In this document: positions 9,606-17,646 of the stretch, piece after piece
Numbering within the stretch: position 1 is the stretch's first letter
Layout: each line of letters begins with the position of its first letter
The notes under the pieces: generated by a model
What the model was told of the DNA's origin: nothing
The model's database searches: none
Seen by the model: the letters and a program-made list of their open reading frames with translations, nothing else
Assembly: GCF_000829315.1 (NCBI RefSeq)
Contig: NZ_AP013028.1
Span: 60,001 to 92,000 of the forward strand
DNA length: 32,000 nt
Reading direction: 5' to 3'
From: Wolbachia endosymbiont of Cimex lectularius
Lineage (GTDB): Bacteria > Pseudomonadota > Alphaproteobacteria > Rickettsiales > Anaplasmataceae
Made by a program: the position numbers and the translations under genes

Positions 9606-11729
9606 ATGGAGGGGTTTATGCCTATTAATTATTATAAAGTGTTAGGGGTGGAAAGAAATGCTACTGAAGAGGAAATAAAAAAAGCATATAAGAAATTAGC
9701 ACTGAAGTATCATCCAGATAAAAATCCTGGTAATAAAGAAGAAGCAGAGAAAAAATTTAAAGAAATCTATTCTGCATATCAGGTATTATCCGATCCAGAA
9801 AAAAGAAGTAAGTATGACATGGGAGAAGATATTGGTCAAAAAACTCGCTGGTCGGCGGAATGGCTACGTAAAGAATCAAGACGTCAAGATGAAGAATCAA
9901 GACGTCAAGATGAAGAATTAAGACGTCAAGATGAAGAATTAAGACGTCAAGATGAAGAATCAAGACGTCAAGATGAAGAATCAAGACATCAAGATGAAGA
10001 ATCAAAACGTCAAGATGAAGAATTAAGACGTCAAGATGAAGAATTAAGACGTCAAGATGAAGAATCAAGACGTCAAGATGAAGAATCAAGACATCAAGAT
10101 GAAGAATCAAAACGTCAAGATGAAGAATTAAGACGTCAAGATGAAGAATTAAGACGTCAAGATGAAGAATTAAGACGTCAAGATGAAGAATTAAGACGTC
10201 AAGATGAAGAATTAAGACGTCAAGATGAAGAATTAAGACGTCAAGATGAAGAATCAAGACGTCAAGATGAAGAATCAAGACATCAAGATGAAGAATCAAA
10301 ACGTCAAGATGAAGAATTAAGACGTCAAGATGAAGAATTAAGACGTCAAGATGAAGAATCAAGACGTCAAGATGAAGAATCAAGACGTCAAGATGAAGAA
10401 TCAAGACGTCAAGATGAAGAATCAAGACGTCAAGATGAAGAATTAAGACGTCAAGATGAAGAATCAAGACGTCAAGATGAGTTGAAAGATAGTATCATAC
10501 AAGGTGATTTTGAGAGGTGTCGTTCTTTGATAGAAGGAGGTGTAGACGTTAATGTAAAATTCCTCGATTCAACAACCCCAGTGAAACGTGCTATTGAGCA
10601 TGATCGTGAGAAAATTTTAGGTTTCTTGATTGAAGAAGGAGCAGAAATATCATTCAATGCTGCTTTAAGTGATGCTATTAAACATGGTTCTAAAAGGATT
10701 TTTGATTGCCTTTTAAATAAATATGCAGACAAAGTAGACATTAATCATCAAGATAAAGGTGGAAACACAGCTTTACACCATGCATTACAGGGGTTTATTA
10801 GGGATGAATCGAAATACAAAAATTTTGCTGAGTCACTCCTTGGCAAAGGTGCGAAACTTGATGTTAAAAATAACAAAAATGAAACTCCGTTTGATCTCTT
10901 GATAGGCTATGTTGAGAAGTATTCTTATGAAAAAGCGCAAGGATTAACCTTTGTTTTGGAGTTGCTTAGCAAGCATGAAAATAAAAATGCACTAAAAGAG
11001 CTAAAATATAAAGGTGATACTCCTGCGTTAAATAAACTGCTGGAACTTGCTGTTAAATATAATTCTCAGGGGGCTTTTAAATCTCTTTTAGATCAATATG
11101 ATATAGACATCAATTATCAAGATAAAAACAGAGATACAGCTTTACATCATGCATTAAAAGGGTTCATTGATGCTGAGTATGATTCTTCAAAACGAAATAG
11201 ATACAAAAGTTTTGCTGAATCACTTCTGAGTAAAGGTGCAAAACTTGATATTAAAAATAACAAAAATGAAACTCCATTTGATCTCTTGATAGACTATGTT
11301 AAGAAGTATTCTTCTGAAAAAGCGCAAAGACTGACTACTGTTTTAGAGTTACTCGACAAATGTAAAAATAAGGATGCACTAAAAGAACTAAGATGTAAGG
11401 ATGGCACTCCTGCATTAGATAAACTAAAGAAACTTGAGTCTGATTTTGACCGGTCGTACTCCACATTCAAAAATAGTAAAGTAGGGAACGTTCAAAAAAA
11501 TCTGCTACCAGAAAGCACATTTAATAATTCATTGTGGTACGTGATTGGTGCCATAGCTGGTGCAGCAATTGGAGCAGCCCTAGCATATAGCATTACTGAT
11601 GCTTTTTCAGTAATTATAGCAGCTGTTGTGATTGGTTCATTGCTAGGTATGGCAATAACTTATGGTGTTAGCAAATGTTTAGAGCAACCTAAAATAGAAC
11701 ATATAACAAAGGAACCATATGTATCTTAG
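9606..11729 (+). CDS. J-domain (DnaJ-like) protein with a 29 x 7-aa charged repeat, ankyrin repeats and a C-terminal 2-TM anchor
   Basis: J-domain [57 protein letters not shown], with HPD at 9711-9719. It is followed by 29 units of E(S/L)(R/K)(R/H)QDE. ANK-like units include [11 protein letters not shown] and [20 protein letters not shown], organised as a duplicated ~120-aa module. The C-terminus is [18 protein letters not shown]...[19 protein letters not shown]. The track starts at TTG 9561; ATG 9606 or 9618 is more plausible. Confidence 0.8.
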   Translation: MEGFMPINYYKVLGVERNATEEEIKKAYKKLALKYHPDKNPGNKEEAEKKFKEIYSAYQVLSDPEKRSKYDMGEDIGQKTRWSAEWLRKESRRQDEESRRQDEELRRQDEELRRQDEESRRQDEESRHQDEESKRQDEELRRQDEELRRQDEESRRQDEESRHQDEESKRQDEELRRQDEELRRQDEELRRQDEELRRQDEELRRQDEELRRQDEESRRQDEESRHQDEESKRQDEELRRQDEELRRQDEESRRQDEESRRQDEESRRQDEESRRQDEELRRQDEESRRQDELKDSIIQGDFERCRSLIEGGVDVNVKFLDSTTPVKRAIEHDREKILGFLIEEGAEISFNAALSDAIKHGSKRIFDCLLNKYADKVDINHQDKGGNTALHHALQGFIRDESKYKNFAESLLGKGAKLDVKNNKNETPFDLLIGYVEKYSYEKAQGLTFVLELLSKHENKNALKELKYKGDTPALNKLLELAVKYNSQGAFKSLLDQYDIDINYQDKNRDTALHHALKGFIDAEYDSSKRNRYKSFAESLLSKGAKLDIKNNKNETPFDLLIDYVKKYSSEKAQRLTTVLELLDKCKNKDALKELRCKDGTPALDKLKKLESDFDRSYSTFKNSKVGNVQKNLLPESTFNNSLWYVIGAIAGAAIGAALAYSITDAFSVIIAAVVIGSLLGMAITYGVSKCLEQPKIEHITKEPYVS
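9873..10481 (+). repeat. In-frame tandem repeat, 29 units x 21 bp (gaa t[c/t]a a[g/a]a c[g/a]t caa gat gaa)
   Basis: 609 bp equals exactly 29 x 21. Only three nucleotide positions vary, giving four unit types (SRR, SRH, SKR, LRR). The 5-unit (105-bp) block SRR-SRH-SKR-LRR-LRR recurs three times (units 5-9, 10-14, 19-23). Confidence 0.95.
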
Positions 11730-11753
11730 GGTGTGATAAATATTGAAGCAAAA

Positions 11754-12263
11754 ATGGTGCCATATAAGTAGCTGACACTGGAACCTAGGATACTGCTTTA
11801 GTAATAAATATTTAAGAAATTTACTAAATAGAGAAAAAAGCAAAAGGAGTCCCGTGGTGGCTAGTTATTTACTTTTGTGTCGAAATATCGGCGTTTTTTT
11901 TATTCTAAACGCTTGATGAATGCGACTTAGCTGCAAACGTTTAAAAAATTTACTAAACAGAAAAAACAGCAAAAGAAACCCCGGTAGCTAGTTATTTACT
12001 ATCTATCCTATAATATTGGCGTTTTTTTATGTTTTAAACGACTTATAAGCGCGTTTGAGCTTGAAAACCAGAAGTTTTAAAAAGACGTGAGGTGCACATA
12101 GTGCAAAAAATTAAACATGGTACACCAGATATACTAAGTTTTTTTGTCGTTTAATCTGCACAGACTGAAGATAAGTAATAGCTTCAATCTCATTATAAGG
12201 GGGTTGGTGAGATTTGTCAAGCAAATTTTGCTTTAATTCGTTTCTATGCTACTTGGATGACAC
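11754..12263 (-). repeat. ~0.5-kb composite repeat: gene-less (MITE-like) derivative of the Rpn cassette, inverted relative to 15710-16185
   Basis: Both ends carry the terminal palindromic motif (11754-11790 ..catataagtagctgacactgg; 12248-12263 gctacttggatgacac). Exact inverted matches to the 15.7-kb copy include 12190-12209 = rc of 15763-15782 (caccaacccccttataatga) and 12034-12055 = rc of 15927-15948 (aacgcgcttataagtcgtttaa). It contains 50-bp modules at 11808-11862 and 11941-11990. Confidence 0.8.
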
Positions 12264-12332
12264 AGTAGGTTATTTAGAGAATTTTACAAAAATCCATTTT
12301 TAACTTACACTATAGTTTTAAACCTACAACTT

Positions 12333-13847
12333 ATGCGCAATAGGCTTATAATCAAATCTTTTTCGGTACTGTGTATCCTCCTCCTTGCTTTATATGTAAT
12401 ACTGCCGAATTTCTTTGATAATAAGCTTCTTGTTTCAAAAAAGAGAATAAACCTAGGGCTCGACCTGAAAGGTGGGTCATCTCTGCTTCTTAATGTAGAT
12501 TTGGATTCTTACTTCAAAGAAAAATTGAGTATGTTAGCCGATGAAATAAAGGAAAGCCTACTAGCAAAAAGCATCGAATCCCGCGTACAAAGCGATAAAC
12601 AGGTGGTTGTAACTTTAAATAATACTGATGACTATAGGAAAGTTTCAACGCTAGTTCATAGAATAAACCCAAATTTAGAGCTAAATAGGAAGGATTCTTC
12701 GATTTTCATTTCATATAAGCCTCATTATAAAAATTCCCTAATCAATGAAGTAGTTTCAGAGTCGATAAATAACGTCCAAAGACGCCTGGATAAGCTTGGT
12801 ACGAGGGAAGTAAGCGTACAAAAACAAGGGCAGAACAAAATATTAGTTCAAGTGCCTGGAGTAGAAGATACCGAACAAATAAAATCTCTGCTTGGCAGAA
12901 CTGCTAAGCTAGCTTTCCATTTGGCAAACACTAATGTGGCCAAAATGCAGGATATAGACCACGAAACTACCGTCATATTCAAGGATTCTTTAGGCAACTC
13001 TTATCCAATATTCCGCAAGACTGAAATAGGCGGTGATTCGCTGGTTAACGCGTCAGTTAGATTCGGTTCGCTTGGTAAACCCACAGTACATTTTAAATTC
13101 GACAGCGTAGCAAGTAAGAGATTCGCAAAAATCACTAAAGAAAACGTGGGAAAACCCTTTGCAATTGTTCTCGATAACACAGTTCTAACTGTGCCAACAA
13201 TACGCGAACCAATTCTAAATGGAGAGGGAGAAATTAGTGGTAATTTCACTGAAAAACAAGCGGGTGAGCTTGCAATACTCCTAAAATCTGGCGCATTGCC
13301 AGCACCGCTTAAAATAATAGAAGAGAAAAATATCGGTCCAAGCCTTGGGGAAGAGTCAATAAAAGCAGGAGAAATAGCAGCGATAATCTCTATCGTAACT
13401 GTTGCTTTATTTATAATTATTATTTACGGCAAGTTAGGCTTATTAGCCTCTGTTGCATTGCTTTTTAATGTAATTTCTATACTATTAATTCTTACCCTAC
13501 TTGAGGCAACTCTGACTTTACCTGGAATTGCCGGTATTGCGCTAACTGTTGGTATGTCGGTTGACGCAAATGTTTTGATATTCGAACGCATTCGCGAAGA
13601 AATGAAATCAGGAAAAAGAACGGTCCGTGCTATTGAAGAGGGTTTTAAAAACGCAATAAAAACAATCCTTGATTCAAACCTCACCACACTAATTGCCGCG
13701 GGAATAATGTTTGCCATTGGCAGCGGGGCGATAAGAGGCTTCTCTGTTACTTTGTCAATAGGCATCTTATGCTCGATGTTTTCCACAATCACAGTCACAA
13801 AACTGCTAATAGAATTGTGTGTGGATCCGAAGAAGTTGGTACTTTAA
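12333..13847 (+). CDS. secD: Protein translocase subunit SecD
   Basis: 504 aa with an N-terminal TM helix, the LGLDLKGGSSLLL motif, a large periplasmic domain and six C-terminal TM helices (..LTLPGIAGIALTVGMSVDANVLIFERIREE..). Confidence 0.9.
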   Translation: MRNRLIIKSFSVLCILLLALYVILPNFFDNKLLVSKKRINLGLDLKGGSSLLLNVDLDSYFKEKLSMLADEIKESLLAKSIESRVQSDKQVVVTLNNTDDYRKVSTLVHRINPNLELNRKDSSIFISYKPHYKNSLINEVVSESINNVQRRLDKLGTREVSVQKQGQNKILVQVPGVEDTEQIKSLLGRTAKLAFHLANTNVAKMQDIDHETTVIFKDSLGNSYPIFRKTEIGGDSLVNASVRFGSLGKPTVHFKFDSVASKRFAKITKENVGKPFAIVLDNTVLTVPTIREPILNGEGEISGNFTEKQAGELAILLKSGALPAPLKIIEEKNIGPSLGEESIKAGEIAAIISIVTVALFIIIIYGKLGLLASVALLFNVISILLILTLLEATLTLPGIAGIALTVGMSVDANVLIFERIREEMKSGKRTVRAIEEGFKNAIKTILDSNLTTLIAAGIMFAIGSGAIRGFSVTLSIGILCSMFSTITVTKLLIELCVDPKKLVL

Positions 13848-13906
13848 GTTACTAATTCCAAAACAACGAAATTGCTGTATAATATCATTTTGAGGTTTTG
13901 TTTCTA

Positions 13907-15091
13907 ATGCATAGGTTTGCGATACTCTTTTCTATACTGCTTGCAATAGTTGCGTACTACTTAAACAATGAAGTCGTATTTGAAGTAGCAAAGCTATTTA
14001 GTGACATATTCATCAGCTTGCTCAAATTGATCAGTCTACCTTTAGTTTTTCTGTCCATAGTGTCTACAATTTCAGGACTTAAAGACTCGATTGAAATTAA
14101 AACTTTACTTAAGAAAACACTGTTCTATACGCTGCTTACAACCATTATAGCTGCGTTTGTTGCGCTATCTTTCTATTTACTTATGGATCCAGTGAGAAAA
14201 AATTTCATAAGTAACACGATAGAAAGCGTAAGTGACGGCAATTACAACTACTTTTCATACTTGAAATCACTCATTCCTTCAAATTTTGTGCAAGTCTTTC
14301 TTGAAAATAACGTTATTGGCAGCATATTGATCGCTTTTTTAATGGGTGGAGCTGTTATTTCACTCTCAAGAGAAAAACAGGATATATTACATCAAGTATT
14401 CTCTGCACTTTTTGATGCGTTGCTTAAAATTGCTCAAGGGTTACTGAAGTTTATTCCGCTTGCTGTATGGTCTTTTATCACATGTTTTTTGCACGAATTG
14501 AAAGGTGGCAGCGAGTTCCATAGTCTTTTGTGGTATTTTGCTTGCATAATGTCTGCGAATTTCGTGCAAGCGTTTCTGGTTTTACCGCTACTTATATGGT
14601 ATAAAGGCATATCGCCAATTCAAACGCTGAAGGGAGTTATGCCGGCGCTTACACTTGCGTTTTTTTCTAAATCATCCAGTGCAACACTACCGACAACCAT
14701 AGACTGTGTGCAAAATAAGCTAAAAGTGCCAAAGAAATTGTCGTCCTTTATTTTACCAATATGCACAACAATCAATATGAACGCATGTGCTGCGTTTATT
14801 TTGATTACAGTAATGTTTGTTGCAGAGATGAATGGGCACACATTTTCCTTAAGCGAAATGTTTATATGGATTTTTCTAGCTACAGGAGCTGCAATTGGCA
14901 ACGCTGGAGTGCCGATGGGATGCTATTTTATGGCAACTAGTTATCTTGTATCAATGAACGTTCCTTTGTATATTATGGGACTGATTTTGCCTATTTACAC
15001 GATTATCGATATGTGTGAAACTGCAATAAATGTGTGGTCTGATGTTTGCGTAACTCAAATAATCAATAAAGAATGTAAGGGTGAAACTTAA
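13907..15091 (+). CDS. Dicarboxylate/amino acid:cation symporter (DAACS/GltP family)
   Basis: Contains FFSKSSSATLPTT (HP1 SSSATLP signature) and GAAIGNAGVPMG (HP2-like). It is polytopic. The track starts at TTG 13898. ATG 13907 is better placed behind GAGG at 13892-13895. Confidence 0.85.
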   Translation: MHRFAILFSILLAIVAYYLNNEVVFEVAKLFSDIFISLLKLISLPLVFLSIVSTISGLKDSIEIKTLLKKTLFYTLLTTIIAAFVALSFYLLMDPVRKNFISNTIESVSDGNYNYFSYLKSLIPSNFVQVFLENNVIGSILIAFLMGGAVISLSREKQDILHQVFSALFDALLKIAQGLLKFIPLAVWSFITCFLHELKGGSEFHSLLWYFACIMSANFVQAFLVLPLLIWYKGISPIQTLKGVMPALTLAFFSKSSSATLPTTIDCVQNKLKVPKKLSSFILPICTTINMNACAAFILITVMFVAEMNGHTFSLSEMFIWIFLATGAAIGNAGVPMGCYFMATSYLVSMNVPLYIMGLILPIYTIIDMCETAINVWSDVCVTQIINKECKGET

Positions 15092-15097
15092 AAAACG

Positions 15098-15700
15098 ATG
15101 TTAGACAAAAATGATCCAATAATGGAGGAATTTGAGGAAGCTGGAGCGATTTTGCACGGGCATTTTGTCCTGTCATCAGGGCTGCATAGCGATACATATA
15201 TACAATGCGCTAAGATTTTTGAGAATCCAAGCAGAGCCATGAAAGTTTGCGAGCTATTGGCAAACAAGATAAGAAAAGAGCTAAGTAGCCCAATAGATTT
15301 AATACTATCTCCTGCCATTGGTGGAATAATCGTGGGTTATGAGATTGGCAGGCAGCTTGGAATCAGGACGATGTTTTGCGAGCGCGTTAATGGCAAGTTT
15401 GAATTGCGCCGCGGATTTGAGATCAAAAAGGGTGAGAAAATATTACTGATTGAAGATGTGATAACCACGGGTAAATCCTCACTAGAAGCGGTAGAATGTG
15501 CAGAAGGGAAGGGGGGTAAAGTCGTTGCTGAAGCTGCTCTAATCAAGAGGAATAGTGAAGCAAAATTGCCTTTTCCTGTTATATCTTTGCTTGAGCTTAG
15601 CATTGAAAACTACAGTGAAGCGGAGCTTCCTGAAGAATTGAGAAAACTGCCTGTAACCAAGCCAGGGAGCCGGGAATATCTAAGTAATTATGCAAAGTAA
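15098..15700 (+). CDS. pyrE: Orotate phosphoribosyltransferase
   Basis: HGHFVLSSGLHSDTYIQCAKIFENP plus the PRPP-binding loop KILLIEDVITTGKS; 200 aa. Confidence 0.85.
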   Translation: MLDKNDPIMEEFEEAGAILHGHFVLSSGLHSDTYIQCAKIFENPSRAMKVCELLANKIRKELSSPIDLILSPAIGGIIVGYEIGRQLGIRTMFCERVNGKFELRRGFEIKKGEKILLIEDVITTGKSSLEAVECAEGKGGKVVAEAALIKRNSEAKLPFPVISLLELSIENYSEAELPEELRKLPVTKPGSREYLSNYAK

Positions 15701-15709
15701 TTCTATTTT

Positions 15710-16185
15710 CAATGTCATCCAAGTAGCATAGAAACAGAATGAAAAAACTACTTGATAACTTTCACCAACCCCCTTATAATGATACTGAAGCTATTTGTTT
15801 AACTTCCCAATCTGTGCAGGTTAAAATGACAAGAAAACTTGTATTTGGCGTACTATTGTTTAATTTTTCGCACTATGTGCACTGCATGTCTTTTTAAAAC
15901 TTCGGGTTTCTACCCATACAAGCTGAAACGCGCTTATAAGTCGTTTAAGACATCACCCAACGCCGGATTTTAAAATAGAGATGGAATAACTAGCTACCTC
16001 GGGGTTTTGTTGTCCTTTTTTTCTGCCTGGTAAATTTCTTAAATATTATAGCTTAGACTAGTTGCGTTTAAAAGCAGCTAAATTGCAGCGTTTAAGGCAT
16101 AAAAACGCCAATACTAAAAATAAATACCGACCGGGGCTTCTTTTGCTTTTTTCTCTATTTAGTAAATTTTTTAATATAGTTGCAA
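15710..16185 (+). repeat. Composite repeat forming the upstream ~0.5 kb of Rpn cassette 2 (inverted partner of 11754-12263)
   Basis: Begins with caatgtcatccaagtagc (15710-15727), which is the reverse complement of 3173-3190. It contains 50-bp modules at 15991-16046 and 16126-16177. See the exact inverted 20-22-mers listed for 11754-12263. Confidence 0.8.
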
Positions 16186-16234
16186 TTCAAGATGAGGCTT
16201 GGGTTCGTAGGCCAATACATCCGAAACAAAAAGA

Positions 16235-16263
16235 TTGAATATTTCTACAGAATTGTGTATAAT
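16235..16263 (+). promoter_or_regulatory. Candidate promoter of Rpn copy 2 (TTGAAT-17 nt-TATAAT)
   Basis: TTGAAT at 16235-16240 and TATAAT at 16258-16263, embedded in the conserved leader caagatgaggcttgggttcgtaggccaatacatcc.aaacaaaaagattgaatatttctacagaattgtgtataat. Confidence 0.5.
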
Positions 16264-16289
16264 TATTAATATTTTTAAGCACTATAGTT

Positions 16290-17228
16290 GTGGCTTTCTC
16301 AAAATTTCTCGACCCTAAAAACGATGTAGCGTTTCGTCGTATCTTTGGTACTGAAAAAAATAAAGATATTCTTATTCATTTCTTAAATGATATTTTAGGC
16401 TTTACTGGCAAGGATGAAATAAAAGAAATAGAATTCCTCAGCACTATTCAAGATGCTGAAATTGCCTCCAAAAAGCAAAGCATTGTTGATGTTCTCTGTA
16501 GAGATGAAAATGGGGTGCAAGTGATAGTCGAAATACAGGTTGCTAAAACTAAAGGCTTTGAAAAACGTGCTCAATATTATGCTGCTGAAGCGTATTCAAG
16601 ACAGGCTAACAAAGGTGATCAATATGAAGACCTCAAAGAAATTATCTTTATCGCCATTGCCGATTGTATCTTATTTCCCGACAAGTCCGAATATAAATCA
16701 AAGCACACTATTCGGGATGAGGATACTAATGAGCATGACTTAAAAGATTTTTATTTTACATTTATTGAACTACCAAAATTTCCGAAAACGAAGGAAGATC
16801 AATTGGAGAGTATAGTAGAAAAATGGGTCTACTTTTTCAAGTATGCAGATGAAACCAGTGAAAAGGAATTGGAAAAAATAATAGGAAGTGACGTAATAAT
16901 CAAAAAAGCATATGAGGAGCTGAATAGATTCAACTGGTCAGAAAAGGAGTTCATAGCATATGAACAAGAAATAAAGCGTATTCGTGATGAGAAAGCTGTT
17001 CTAGCTCAAAAACTTGATGATGCTACTGAAAAAGGCAGAAAAGAGGGCATCCAAATCGGCAGGGAAGAAGGCATCCAAATCGGCGAAGAAAGAGGAGAAA
17101 AACACGCTAAAATAGTTGTAGCTAAAAACTCACTTAAGGCCGGTGTCTCTATAGATGTTATAGCTCAAATTACCGGACTTTCCCTCGATGAAATCAAAAA
17201 GCTAAGGAATTATATTTCATCTAGTTAA
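16290..17228 (+). CDS. Rpn-family PD-(D/E)XK nuclease / putative transposase, copy 2 (GTG start)
   Basis: (M)AFSKFLDPKNDVAFRRIFGTEKNKDILIHFLNDILG..SIVDVLCR..VIVEIQ..FEKRAQYYAAEAY. The C-terminal region carries a 24-bp tandem duplication (17043-17066 and 17067-17090, EGIQIGRE/EGIQIGEE). Confidence 0.8.
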   Translation: MAFSKFLDPKNDVAFRRIFGTEKNKDILIHFLNDILGFTGKDEIKEIEFLSTIQDAEIASKKQSIVDVLCRDENGVQVIVEIQVAKTKGFEKRAQYYAAEAYSRQANKGDQYEDLKEIIFIAIADCILFPDKSEYKSKHTIRDEDTNEHDLKDFYFTFIELPKFPKTKEDQLESIVEKWVYFFKYADETSEKELEKIIGSDVIIKKAYEELNRFNWSEKEFIAYEQEIKRIRDEKAVLAQKLDDATEKGRKEGIQIGREEGIQIGEERGEKHAKIVVAKNSLKAGVSIDVIAQITGLSLDEIKKLRNYISSS

Positions 17229-17268
17229 AAGCCTTGAGCTTGAGTCAAATGAAGACAGTATTCGAACC

Positions 17269-17517
17269 ATCCATCCACAGCTGTACGAACATTGTGATTT
17301 GAGCCTACCACTGGGGTGTCATGCCAGTGCTTGACACTGGCATCCAGGAATTTTACTAAGTTGGTGAGTATAAAAGTAGCTGTTTTATGTTAAAATACGA
17401 CGTTTTTGATAATTATGGAAAAGCTGGATCCCAGTGTCACGCACTGGGATGATACCGTCTGTTACGTAAATTACCTGCTAATTGCAATGTTCATACAGCT
17501 GTGCCATCCATCCAGGA
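17269..17517. repeat. Nested inverted-repeat structure containing a ~140-bp mini-element with two perfect hairpins
   Basis: Outer inverted repeat: 17279-17296 acagctgtacgaacattg against 17486-17503 caatgttcatacagctgt (17 of 18). Inside are hairpins atgccagtg-cttga-cactggcat (17321-17343) and atcccagtg-tcacg-cactgggat (17428-17450), each with a 9-bp perfect stem. They belong to the same family as the cassette termini. Confidence 0.75.
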
Positions 17518-17534
17518 AAATTCTCTGATTAAGC

Positions 17535-17646
17535 TCAAGTGTATACAGTTTCTACACCACTGGATATTTGTTGTGTTAATATTGAAGATAAGTGAACAGG
17601 AATGTCATTGGCTACTTTGTCCACGCATTCAACTTCAAACTGCTTA
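17535..17646 (-). pseudogene. Orphaned 3' end (35 codons + stop) of the large gene disrupted by the IS at 17647-18507
   Basis: Removing the IS and one TTA copy joins ..ELSLLSK (right flank) in frame to QFEVECVDKVANDIPVHLSSILTQQISSGVETVYT*, with the stop at 17535-17537. Confidence 0.7.

Noticed and set aside
9757-10467. Minus-strand 236-aa ORF made of (LILHLDV)n
   Set aside because: It is the antisense reading of the 21-bp tandem repeat. It is open only because the repeat unit lacks stop codons on that strand, whereas the plus frame is contiguous with a J-domain and ANK repeats.
9873-10481. Possible CRISPR array because of regularly spaced repeats
   Set aside because: The units are directly abutting 21-mers with no unique spacers, lie in frame inside a coding sequence, and no cas genes are nearby.
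12333-15700. Minus-strand ORFs 13001-13249, 13424-13798, 14620-14901, 15088-15318 and 15337-15603
   Set aside because: All lie antisense to well-supported secD, symporter and pyrE frames.
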